Below are positions 28,709 through 37,452 of a DNA stretch of 64,000 nucleotides, piece by piece. The first letter of the stretch is position 1. The number at the start of each line of letters is the position of its first letter. Source of the DNA: an uncultured virus (IMG/VR IMGVR_UViG_3300025009_000081) (Duplodnaviria > Heunggongvirae > Uroviricota > Caudoviricetes); the IMG/VR virus record IMGVR_UViG_3300025009_000081. The stretch is one strand, 5' to 3'. The notes beneath the pieces are model-generated. The model made no database searches. It saw only the letters and a program-made list of their open reading frames with translations, and was not told where the DNA came from. A program made the translations under genes and the position numbers.

Positions 28709-28817
28709 GTTCTTTTCCTTTTTTGGTCAGTACGTGTGTTCTGTCTGCCCTGCAAGTGAACAGCCCTTGCCGGAAGAACTCCCAGTAACAGGCCATGTCC
28801 ACGTTGTTTACAAGAGT

Positions 28818-28846
28818 ATTATACATTATTTTCTCGTTTTTCAGAA
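28818..28846 (-). promoter_or_regulatory. promoter upstream of the rtcB/methylase operon
   Basis: TTCTGA-17-TATAAT in an AATGTATAAT context. Confidence 0.55.
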
Positions 28847-29003
28847 ATAAATCTTTGATGCTGCTAAACTTTTTTAGTTTCTGTTCTCTCATTTCTCCTA
28901 GCCTTGGCTACGCACACTGGGCAGCCGTTGGGGTTCTGTTCTTTATAAAATTCTATTCTGGGATGATTCTCTGCACAGCTTACAAGTGTTGCCTGATTTG
29001 TTT

Positions 29004-29345
29004 TCATCTTTCACCTGTTAGATAAGCCCTGAACCTTGTTCCGGGAAAATGCCTTTCTACACAGCAGGAGCAAATGGAACCCAAAAACTCTCCCTGGCCC
29101 TTCCGGTTTGTACAGCCCTTTACAACACACTCCAAAGGATCACTCACCCCAAGGTAGTTATTGACAAGGTTTGCAATCATCTTTTTCTGTTCACACACAA
29201 AAGTATTGGTTTCATCATCCCAGTTCTTCAGGAGCAAGAACTCTTCCCCTACTGCTGTGATGATTCCTTTCCTACCTGCTATCTCATAGGGAGTGTTGCA
29301 CAATCTCTGTACCCATGTACCTACTTTTATATCCTGTAATTTCAT
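29004..29345 (-). CDS. hypothetical protein
   Basis: 113 aa; ATGA overlap with thyX. Confidence 0.6.
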   Translation of the reverse strand: MKLQDIKVGTWVQRLCNTPYEIAGRKGIITAVGEEFLLLKNWDDETNTFVCEQKKMIANLVNNYLGVSDPLECVVKGCTNRKGQGEFLGSICSCCVERHFPGTRFRAYLTGER

Positions 29346-31030
29346 ACTGGTTCTCCAAATATTTCTGGTAATATAGTCTGCATTGTCTTTCTCAGTGGAA
29401 TCATAATCTCTCGCATCTGTGGGTGTGCTGCTGGACTACATCTCAATTCAAATATGTGTAGCCACTCTCTTAAATTTGCAGTGACCACAATCTCTGTCAT
29501 CAGTGAATTTGGTAGTACAGACCTGGCTTCCTGTGGACTTGCTCCTTCTTTCAAAAGTCCTAAATAAAATTCTTCTGCATCCAGCATAGCTGATTCCCAC
29601 AGCTGATATTTTATGGTGTCTTTTTCCAAAAAGCATGGTAAAATAAATGTCAACTCATTCCCAAACTTGTCCTTGCTGTAGTTGCAGTATCTGGTAGAAC
29701 TCTGGGAAAAGCTGGCTAGTCTGTGTCTTACCAACTCATGTGAGCAGTTACCACACCAGACAGCTTTGCCCTTGCGTCTAACATACAACCTGTGTCCTGG
29801 TACAGTTAGGCAGTAAACATATCCTCTGTATTTATTTTTTTCTCCAAAACTAGAAGCTACCTTTTTATTTAGCAAATGAACACTGCTCTCTTTTTCAGCA
29901 ACAGATACTACATAACTTTTTTTACAATCAGATACCACTCCACTAGGGAATACTCTTTTGCGAGGGGCTATTTCCCTAATAGAAGCAGACTTTCCTATCT
30001 TTAAAAACAGCTCTTGTAAATCGTCTGCAAATAATTTAGAAGAAGTGTAAACAACAGTGTGTTTATTTTTTTTGTGGATAGAACCATCCCCTAAAATAAC
30101 TCCTTGTAAAAAACTGGATATTAATTCAGAGTTGGAGTTTTTTATGACGGATGGTACTTTAGCAGTAAAGGTCTTGGCACCCTTACCAAAAAAAGATTCT
30201 ACCAAAACTTTCAATCGTTCATTTTCAATTCTGATTTCATTTTTATAGTGCAAATAGTGAAATCCCAGAAGCCCACATAACTCCTTTATTCGGGATACCC
30301 CTTCTTTTTTTGTCTGGGATATAATCACCTGTGACCCTCCTACTCCATGGCCACACCTGTAAGAGCCATCTGTTATCCACAAACCTAGCAATTCAAATAA
30401 GCTGAGTGTTTCCTTATAAGTGAACACTCTCTCTGGAAACTTATTGTATTTTGTAGGATGTTTTTTAATAGTTATAATGGGAGTATTCCCCTGCCAAATA
30501 TTGCACGTCTTTTCAAATTTATAACGCCTATTTTTTAAATTAGATGCTTTTAAAAATTTCCATATTTTTGTGGAAGCTGATCTTTTATCATAGTCAAAAA
30601 CCCACATTCTGTGATCAGGTGTTACATTAAGGTCTATCATAGTAGATTTAAAATGAAGTAAATCACCTTCATACCAATAATTAAGTGGCGCATCCGTTTG
30701 CTTATCAAAAAAAAGCTCACCTTCATCTGACAAACAGGCTATTTTATCTTCAAAAACAACATCTTTAAAAAACTTCCACCCTTGTTCTGTTAGAACTTCT
30801 GTCTCAGCATCATAACAGCCTCTGTCAATCATAAACAATACAGACACAGAAAAATGTTCTATTACACTCTGGTGATTCTTGCTCATTATAGTGTTCTTTA
30901 CAAAATTGGCTGCACTGCCCTCTTTGGCTTGAGACTTGTAACAAATCCTACCTGCAAACTCCAGGTGCTTCAGAATCTCATGTCTATCCATGCTTGTTAA
31001 AATTGTATATTTTGGTTCTACTATTTTCAT
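29342..31030 (-). CDS. thyX: flavin-dependent thymidylate synthase with intein
   Basis: AGRICYKS, H.SVIEH, SHELVRHRLASFSQSSTRY, ARSVLPN, NLREW and AHPQM. Confidence 0.93.
   Translation of the reverse strand: MKIVEPKYTILTSMDRHEILKHLEFAGRICYKSQAKEGSAANFVKNTIMSKNHQSVIEHFSVSVLFMIDRGCYDAETEVLTEQGWKFFKDVVFEDKIACLSDEGELFFDKQTDAPLNYWYEGDLLHFKSTMIDLNVTPDHRMWVFDYDKRSASTKIWKFLKASNLKNRRYKFEKTCNIWQGNTPIITIKKHPTKYNKFPERVFTYKETLSLFELLGLWITDGSYRCGHGVGGSQVIISQTKKEGVSRIKELCGLLGFHYLHYKNEIRIENERLKVLVESFFGKGAKTFTAKVPSVIKNSNSELISSFLQGVILGDGSIHKKNKHTVVYTSSKLFADDLQELFLKIGKSASIREIAPRKRVFPSGVVSDCKKSYVVSVAEKESSVHLLNKKVASSFGEKNKYRGYVYCLTVPGHRLYVRRKGKAVWCGNCSHELVRHRLASFSQSSTRYCNYSKDKFGNELTFILPCFLEKDTIKYQLWESAMLDAEEFYLGLLKEGASPQEARSVLPNSLMTEIVVTANLREWLHIFELRCSPAAHPQMREIMIPLRKTMQTILPEIFGEPV
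29747..30817 (-). mobile_element. intein (357 aa) with LAGLIDADG homing endonuclease
   Basis: Starts CYDAETEVLT..GWK; VTPDH; LLGLWITDGS and FLQGVILGDGS; ends VWCGN with +1 Cys. Confidence 0.92.
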
Positions 31031-31136
31031 TCTCTGATCTCCTCATTGTTCTTAGTAACTTTACAATATCGCCACACACCCAGAAGGAATATTATGGCTG
31101 CTGTTACCCACAGGTGACCCACAAATTCAAACAGTG

Positions 31137-31949
31137 TCATCTTGTTATAAACCCATTGACTATTGTGTTGTCTCTGTACTGCCTGCCCTTGTGATTCATC
31201 ATTATGTGGTAGCAGTGCTTCTTTCCTATTGGCTCAATACTCACAACCCTATTGGGGATCACATACTGAAACTCAATTCCCCGGTGAACTTTGTTGTGAC
31301 AACCTATACACAGCGAAATCTTATTCAGGGGATCATCATTGCCTATGTCACCATCACAGTAGTGATCAGTTACTCCAAAATGTTCTTTCCCACACACAAG
31401 ACACTTCCCCTTTGTACTGGGAAGAGTTTTATTGCTCTTGTGCACATGTGATCTGGGATACTCACTGTATATTTTATCAGCCAACAATTCAGGCTGAGCC
31501 TTATACATCTTACCCACCTCGAACTCATTAAATTTGTGGAACAGCATGTGGTACTTCAGGAACAGATCGTCCTCCAGTGGATTCTCTCCACACCAGGTTC
31601 TACCATTGTTGACTGTCATGTCACCCACATTGAGGTCTCTGAGTTTCACATAGCCATCTGGAGTGAGTAATTTCTGCTGCTCATCACAGTGTAGTGCATA
31701 GCCTAGCTGAGTCTTGACTTCCCAACACCACAGCTCTCCCATGTATTCTATCCGCTTCAGTTCTCGCCATCTGATGAAACCAGTTTTCTTAGACAAGTGA
31801 CAGGCATTAGGTGATCGTATGAAGTCACCTGTGGCCTTCTGTCTTGCTCTTTTGAACAGTATGTCAATGAGTATTTTCCCATAGAGCTTTGGCTTTGGCT
31901 TCATTATACCCAAATATGTTTTCACATACATACCTTCTGCTATGCTCAT
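31137..31949 (-). CDS. free-standing intein-like (Hint) protein with HNH domain
   Basis: Intein blocks A/B/F/G surround CLVC...H..D....N....N...LCIGCHNKVH; no exteins. Confidence 0.7.
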   Translation of the reverse strand: MSIAEGMYVKTYLGIMKPKPKLYGKILIDILFKRARQKATGDFIRSPNACHLSKKTGFIRWRELKRIEYMGELWCWEVKTQLGYALHCDEQQKLLTPDGYVKLRDLNVGDMTVNNGRTWCGENPLEDDLFLKYHMLFHKFNEFEVGKMYKAQPELLADKIYSEYPRSHVHKSNKTLPSTKGKCLVCGKEHFGVTDHYCDGDIGNDDPLNKISLCIGCHNKVHRGIEFQYVIPNRVVSIEPIGKKHCYHIMMNHKGRQYRDNTIVNGFITR

Positions 31950-32112
31950 CTTGACACCACTCCTTTAAAATCCACTTGCTGAACAGTAGCTTTTAGTACA
32001 ATATCTATGTCCACAACTATATTTCCCTTGGGATCTTTAGAGATGTTATTGATCTTATAATCAGCTACACGATCATCTTTAAGTAGCTTCCACCAATCAT
32101 AACCTTGGGGAC

Positions 32113-32346
32113 TCATGTAATCACACTCACTTCATAAGACAAGCTCTCTATGCAGTGTCCGTTCACAAATACCTTCTGGTTGTTTACAGTAGTAAATAAT
32201 CCCTCTCCACGAACAGTGCTATTTCCTATTCTCTCAAACAGGACTAACCAATCATCTATGGTGCTGTAGAGATCTCCATCGGTGAGAATAGTTCTGCCAC
32301 CCTGTATGTTGACAATCAGTCGTATTCTGATCACTTCTTCACCCAT
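32113..32346 (-). CDS. hypothetical protein
   Basis: 77 aa within the operon. Confidence 0.5.
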   Translation of the reverse strand: MGEEVIRIRLIVNIQGGRTILTDGDLYSTIDDWLVLFERIGNSTVRGEGLFTTVNNQKVFVNGHCIESLSYEVSVIT

Positions 32347-32558
32347 GTCTTTAGTTTCTTGTCGAACTTCCAGGTGTTGTCTTTGTTCTCATAGTACATC
32401 CACAGGTGTCCCAGTTTTGCCGTAGAGAGCTTAATCTTTGCTATGGCTTCTTTGTAGCTCTGGGCTTCCACAACTTCTTTCTTGCCATCTATGAAGTACA
32501 GAGTGATGTGTGTGATTGGCTTTGCCGACTTAGGGATAAGTATTAATGTTTTTCTCAT
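32331..32558 (-). CDS. hypothetical protein
   Basis: 75 aa; ATGA overlap. Confidence 0.55.
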   Translation of the reverse strand: MRKTLILIPKSAKPITHITLYFIDGKKEVVEAQSYKEAIAKIKLSTAKLGHLWMYYENKDNTWKFDKKLKTWVKK

Positions 32559-32746
32559 AATTCAAATTTCTCCTGTTTTCTTATGGGTTTAAAATTATCA
32601 TTTCTACAGCCAGTGCATGGGTATTCATCTTCCCATTTGTCTGCATTATCCCTGAAGTAGTCTTTGCCTTCCTGGGTGTCCCAAAAACAGTCATCACACT
32701 TACCAGAGTATTTCTTGTATTCCTCACTCATTGACTTTCTCCTCAA
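32555..32746 (-). CDS. small Cys-containing protein
   Basis: CDDC...PCTGC; the true start may be the second Met. Confidence 0.5.
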   Translation of the reverse strand: MRRKSMSEEYKKYSGKCDDCFWDTQEGKDYFRDNADKWEDEYPCTGCRNDNFKPIRKQEKFEL

Positions 32747-32939
32747 GCTGCCAAGCCTGTATTAAATCCTTCTTAGCCATCTCAAAAGTTGCTTCGAGCA
32801 CGCCAGCACTTAGAAACACTGGGAGAACTTTCTTTACCGACTTCTTGTGACCCTTGTAGAAAGTCTCTACCCTCATGTTCATAAACCCATCACTGAACTC
32901 ACTAGGCTGGACTTCTATTATCATTTTTAAATTCACCAA
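32724..32939 (-). CDS. hypothetical protein
   Basis: 71 aa within the operon. Confidence 0.5.
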   Translation of the reverse strand: MVNLKMIIEVQPSEFSDGFMNMRVETFYKGHKKSVKKVLPVFLSAGVLEATFEMAKKDLIQAWQLEEKVNE

Positions 32940-33217
32940 GCCACCCTACCTTCTACTGAATCCTCAAAAAGATGAAACACAAAATAATTTTCTACTTGAA
33001 AAGTACCAATGTACTTTCCCTTGATCTCTTCAACCTGCTCTCCGGTTCCATACTGGTAGAATTTACGTTCTACTTTGTCAGCACTGGTGTCAGGTATAAG
33101 AAACCAAAGGTAGGGATCTCCATTCTGCATCTGCACACTAAGCACTCTAGCAGCCCTGGGCATCTGGAGTGTGAACTGGGCTTCATAAGGCACTCTCTCT
33201 TTCCAAATTACTTGCAT
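32933..33217 (-). CDS. conserved small phage protein
   Basis: IWK...MP..A.VLSVQ.Q....LW...GTG...YIGTFQ...FVFHLFE pattern. Confidence 0.65.
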   Translation of the reverse strand: MQVIWKERVPYEAQFTLQMPRAARVLSVQMQNGDPYLWFLIPDTSADKVERKFYQYGTGEQVEEIKGKYIGTFQVENYFVFHLFEDSVEGRVAW

Positions 33218-33226
33218 ATTTGCTCC

Positions 33227-34252
33227 TTAAATCAGTTCTGCTAAATTGTGAGTCTTCATTGCCATATATCCCGGATACCACTTATCAACCAACTCTTTCT
33301 CTTCTCTCTGCATTTCCTGCATTTCCTCATAGCAGTTCAGGTATTCAAAGTCCTCTTTTAAACCAGACTTTCTCTCTTCTCTGTACTGCTCTACAACATA
33401 CTTATGCCAACTTTCTTTGGTAATGAACTCAGTTCTTTGGGGATCAAATTCCAGATAACAACCTGTTTCCCGATACAGCCATTTTTTAAACCAAGAGAAA
33501 CATGTGGTTCCCATTCTGTAAAATTCCGTAGGCACATCTTCTCTCTCATTAAGGAACTGTTCCATGGCATCACCTATTCGCCTAAACCTTCCACAAATCT
33601 CCCAGTTCCCCTTGCCTTTGTCTTGCTTGGGGTCTCCATAGTTGTTTATGCAGTACAGGTCAAATATATTTTTGTGGTACCAAGTCTGGAACTCCAGAAT
33701 AGCTTTCCAATACCTGTACTCATCGGCCCATTCCTGGGCACTTATGTGATTTTTCCAGATTCTCTCAAACACAGGTCTGCACTCTTCCCTGATCTCTGAC
33801 TTGCATTTCTGAAGCACAAGGTACCCAACATCAATCTTCTCCCTATTCACATATTTGAGAAACTCGGACTTTTTGGAATAGCTGTTGTATAGAAACTCCA
33901 GTACACTTCCCGGTTTGGACAGGTTTGGGTTGTCTGTGAGCCCCTGGGAGCAATTCTGGGCTGCTTTCTCCAGTTCTGCACTAACTTCTTCCCAAGATGT
34001 CTCTGTACCTCCTGCAGGCCATCTGTGTGCCCCAAACTTGTGGAACCACAGCGAATCGAATTTGTAATCCTTGAACTTTCCATCTTTTATGTCCTGAAGA
34101 ACTTCAAGTGTGGAGTAAATCAGCTTGGATGGCTCCTGCATGAGAAAACCGTTGGTAGAGGGTAAAATGTGGTTAAACCCCATTGTTTTGCAGATTTTAG
34201 CAATTATCTCTACTTTTTGGATGTAATTTTCGTCTGATGTACCCTGTTGCAT
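33227..34252 (-). CDS. paralogue of the initiator C-terminal domain
   Basis: Shares VLQDIK.G.F..YKF.S.W, SWEE.S..L.K.AQN.S and FLYN....KS..LKY.N with 34254..36173. Confidence 0.75.
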   Translation of the reverse strand: MQQGTSDENYIQKVEIIAKICKTMGFNHILPSTNGFLMQEPSKLIYSTLEVLQDIKDGKFKDYKFDSLWFHKFGAHRWPAGGTETSWEEVSAELEKAAQNCSQGLTDNPNLSKPGSVLEFLYNSYSKKSEFLKYVNREKIDVGYLVLQKCKSEIREECRPVFERIWKNHISAQEWADEYRYWKAILEFQTWYHKNIFDLYCINNYGDPKQDKGKGNWEICGRFRRIGDAMEQFLNEREDVPTEFYRMGTTCFSWFKKWLYRETGCYLEFDPQRTEFITKESWHKYVVEQYREERKSGLKEDFEYLNCYEEMQEMQREEKELVDKWYPGYMAMKTHNLAELI

Positions 34253-34253
34253 G

Positions 34254-36173
34254 TTAAACCACCCCTCTCATTCTCTCAAGTGTGTGTCCTACCCACTTCC
34301 TCTTAAACCCTGCCCACCAAGAAAACTCAGCCATGTTGCTTGCATCATTGTAGTTCATTCCCTCAAACAGGTACTGTTGCCTTTTTTCATCTATTACTAT
34401 TTTTTGATCACTGTCATTCTTCCACATCTCCATGCCTTTCTTATCGGCTTGTGCTGCGTTTACCTGCAAAGTGGCATCATGTTCGTAAAGCAGCCAACTG
34501 GTAAAAGAGAAGAAACTCTTACTGCTGACATCTAAAATATCATCAAACCATTTGCATTTTTCCTGAGAATACTCATTGAGGTAAAGTGCTAATCTCTCAA
34601 ACCTGTTAATGCAGGACCAGTTTTTGTTATAATTTAAGATATACAGCTCCATAATGTTGGATTCATACCACTTTTCGAGATTATAAACATTTGCCCAGTA
34701 AAAGTCTTTTGATTCACCCTGTCGCTTTGCCACAAAATCATTATACAATTTTTCGAATGGAATTTTCGCATTATCTGAGATTTTGTTAAAAAAGTTCTGA
34801 GACAGGATGTGATTCTTACCTTGGACTCCAACATTCAGGTATTTCAACATGTTGGACTTCTGGGTGCCTCGGTTGTATAGAAATTTCAAAAGTGATTTGT
34901 TTTTGTACTTTTCACCCTTTGTGTTTTTAAGGCTCTCAGAGTAGTTCTGAGCCGACTTCGCCAGTTGGGTGGATATTTCCTCCCAGGAGACCCAATCGGC
35001 CCTTCCAGGCCACTCTGTGACCTTAAACTGGGACATCCAGCGAGAATTGAACTTGTAATTGTGGAAATTGCCCGTTTTTATGTCCTGGAGCACTGAAAAA
35101 CAGTCCAGCACCAATTTGCTTTGGCTGGCCGGAAATAAACTTGTCACCGGGGGAAGTTTGTGTTTAAATCCGAGAATCTTATTTAAGTTCTCAAGAATCT
35201 GGATCTTTTCGTGATAGCTGTCAAGAATCCGGGAAGGAATATTAATTATTTTGTTTTTCTCAGATTTGAGTTTTTTGAGTTCTGAGGATTTGTTTTGATC
35301 AAATAAACCGGATACATCAATTATGTTCTTATTTCCGGTGTGAGTGTTAAGTTCCTTTGTTTTTTTAATTTTAAAAGAGTTCTCAGCATTTCTCTCCGGT
35401 GAAACAATGCTTTCGTTAGAAAGCAGGGTTGGGCCGGGGAAATGCCCTTCAGTTCCATTATTATTCCTTTGTTTCTTAGATAGAGATAATAGATCATATA
35501 CTGTATCCATAGAAGATTGATCTTTAATAATAGATAGATAATAATGGAACTGATCATTATTGTATGTGTGCGGGTTTTTCACTTTTTGCTTTAAAACCTG
35601 TTTTGACAGCAAAACTTTTGGAGAATTTCCTTGTTTAAATTTTACCGAGTAAAATGCTGTTTTTATTGAAAATTGACCAGTTTTAGTGCCAAAGTAGAAG
35701 TTTTCTCTACAGGTTTCTGGCTTCAATTTATGGTTTTCTTTTGGTGGACAAGTGGTGTGCGGGTTTTTTAGGTACTTTTTGAACACGGTTTCCATCAAAT
35801 CTTTGGGAATATCCCAGTTCTCTTGGTTGTTTTTTTGTAGCTCATTCCACCGGGTCAGATAGAAAATTCTGTACTTGGTGAAGGTGAACTCCACAATCTC
35901 ATTGAGCTTTAATAACCGCTTCAATCTTCTCTCTACAGCATGTTCCGAGATACCAAGGTCTTCAGCTATCCTCTTGCGACTTGTGAGGAGGTGTCCCGGT
36001 CTGAGGTAGTTTCCATCAATTTCCAGGTCGTGAGCCAGGGCTTCTCCATACAAATAGCTCCAAAGCTGATAAAGGTCACTGTGCTTGAAGACCTCCAGTT
36101 TTTTGATTCCTCTGTATTGTTTTAGCCAGCCCACAGATTTCAGTCGCAAATTACTTGCGCTAAACTGTTTCAT
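34254..36173 (-). CDS. replication initiator/replisome organizer-like protein
   Basis: N-terminal GW.K.YR...W.YL...A....L.PG..LTS...IA..LG.S...V...L..L......W...Q pattern of phage initiators. Confidence 0.7.
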   Translation of the reverse strand: MKQFSASNLRLKSVGWLKQYRGIKKLEVFKHSDLYQLWSYLYGEALAHDLEIDGNYLRPGHLLTSRKRIAEDLGISEHAVERRLKRLLKLNEIVEFTFTKYRIFYLTRWNELQKNNQENWDIPKDLMETVFKKYLKNPHTTCPPKENHKLKPETCRENFYFGTKTGQFSIKTAFYSVKFKQGNSPKVLLSKQVLKQKVKNPHTYNNDQFHYYLSIIKDQSSMDTVYDLLSLSKKQRNNNGTEGHFPGPTLLSNESIVSPERNAENSFKIKKTKELNTHTGNKNIIDVSGLFDQNKSSELKKLKSEKNKIINIPSRILDSYHEKIQILENLNKILGFKHKLPPVTSLFPASQSKLVLDCFSVLQDIKTGNFHNYKFNSRWMSQFKVTEWPGRADWVSWEEISTQLAKSAQNYSESLKNTKGEKYKNKSLLKFLYNRGTQKSNMLKYLNVGVQGKNHILSQNFFNKISDNAKIPFEKLYNDFVAKRQGESKDFYWANVYNLEKWYESNIMELYILNYNKNWSCINRFERLALYLNEYSQEKCKWFDDILDVSSKSFFSFTSWLLYEHDATLQVNAAQADKKGMEMWKNDSDQKIVIDEKRQQYLFEGMNYNDASNMAEFSWWAGFKRKWVGHTLERMRGVV

Positions 36174-36214
36174 GGTTTACTTTGGTTTGTTGGTTTAAAT
36201 GGATCTGTGATCAA
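36170..36214 (-). CDS. putative 14-aa leader peptide coupled to the initiator
   Basis: AGGAG, 6 nt, TTG; MITDPFKPTNQSKP; its TGA overlaps the initiator ATG. Confidence 0.5.
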   Translation of the reverse strand: MITDPFKPTNQSKP

Positions 36215-36316
36215 TTTTGACTCCTAAGTTGAAATGTTGAATGAAGGCTATCCTACCCTTAGGAGAAGCAGGGGTCACCTTCACTCTTGGTTACCATTAG
36301 GTAATATAAATTATTT

Positions 36317-36652
36317 TCAATTATAGCGACAGGTATTTTTTATTTTTCCATTTTTCTTGTAGTAACTGGGATCTTTTGTGAAAGGGGAGGGCCTTCTTCC
36401 CCAGGCTTGATTGAAGCCGTTGTCATATCCCCAGTAGTAGGCTGTATCCTTTGGAACATCCTTTATAATAGCCTCGTCTTCTGGAGACAACCAGGGCATA
36501 GGTGAGCTCGGTGTAGAGATTCCATTGATTTCCATAAGCAAGCATTTCTCAGATGCACAGCAGTAGCCTATCTGCCAGCCTTCGTTGTATCCATTGAGGT
36601 AGTCTTGGGTTCCAGCAAGTGTCAGAGCTGTAAGTAGTAGTATTATTTTCAT
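36317..36652 (-). CDS. small exported protein
   Basis: Signal-like MKIILLLTALTLAG; GY..GW..GY and GY..GF motifs. Confidence 0.6.
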   Translation of the reverse strand: MKIILLLTALTLAGTQDYLNGYNEGWQIGYCCASEKCLLMEINGISTPSSPMPWLSPEDEAIIKDVPKDTAYYWGYDNGFNQAWGRRPSPFTKDPSYYKKNGKIKNTCRYN

Positions 36653-36670
36653 TTGTGTCCTTTTGAAAGA

Positions 36671-36762
36671 GAAGTAGGGCAGAGGCTTTCCCCAACTTTA
36701 GTTGGTTACAGACAGAACGAGTGCACTTTCGGCTGCCCGGAGATTTGAGCTTACCCTACTTC
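36671..36762 (-). ncRNA. structured intergenic RNA candidate
   Basis: 11-bp closing stem enclosing two hairpins. Confidence 0.45.
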
Positions 36763-36766
36763 CGGT

Positions 36767-37024
36767 TTAGTGTTTTACAAAGAATATTTTGTGATAGCCC
36801 TTTGTGTATAATTGGTTCAGATCTATACCCAGATAGTCAGCCTCGGCTTTGCCGGGCCAGATACCTGTCCAGCGTGCAAAATTGGGATCGTGTTCTGCAC
36901 ATTCATCCTCACATTGTAGCCTTTGCCCTCCACAGACAGAGCATCTTTGTACATCACATTGGAAGTGGTGCTTTTCTCCGGGATTAACTCCACAGTCGGG
37001 ACAGTTTCTAAGTGAATTGATCAT
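36767..37024 (-). CDS. Cys-rich zinc-binding phage protein
   Basis: CPDCGV..G..H...CDV.RC..CGGQ.L.C. Confidence 0.7.
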   Translation of the reverse strand: MINSLRNCPDCGVNPGEKHHFQCDVQRCSVCGGQRLQCEDECAEHDPNFARWTGIWPGKAEADYLGIDLNQLYTKGYHKIFFVKH

Positions 37025-37431
37025 GCTCTTCCCAAGTTTGAATTGTTAATATTGACTGGCTGTGTGTTTTTGAGCATGTTATTAATTATCTCCTGCATGT
37101 ATTTGATCTGCTTATCTTTTTCTGCCAGAAGTAAGTCGTACTGCTTGTCTGCTTTAATTACTTCCTCCCAGTGTTCATGCACTGCCCGGAGTCTGGCTAT
37201 TTCCTCGTTGAGTCTGCTTTTGTCGGAAAAGTAAACCACATACATAGATCGTGTGTCGTCCAACAGTTCTATCTGGAGTTCTTTACATTTTTCTATGGCT
37301 TTTTCTTTGACCTCCATAACTTTCTTATCCCACTCCAATTCAATTTCACGCTCCCTATTCTTCCTGTTCTCATAATCCAGAAACTTCAATGCTTTCTCTA
37401 CCCTGATCTTTTCAATCAATTTACTAAACAT
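37021..37431 (-). CDS. coiled-coil hypothetical protein
   Basis: Start moved to MFSKL after AAGGAG, just downstream of the tRNA-like element. Confidence 0.65.
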   Translation of the reverse strand: MFSKLIEKIRVEKALKFLDYENRKNREREIELEWDKKVMEVKEKAIEKCKELQIELLDDTRSMYVVYFSDKSRLNEEIARLRAVHEHWEEVIKADKQYDLLLAEKDKQIKYMQEIINNMLKNTQPVNINNSNLGRA

Positions 37432-37452
37432 ACCTATTCTCCTTTTTGTGTA

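Noticed and set aside
28659..28892. 77-aa minus-strand ORF
   Set aside because: It spans a promoter and a structured leader and overlaps the next gene, so it is likely spurious.
31137..32116. Hint-HNH ORF as part of a frameshifted or split host protein
   Set aside because: It has its own RBS and stop, the flanking small ORFs do not look like exteins, and the C-terminal Asn and +1 nucleophile are absent.
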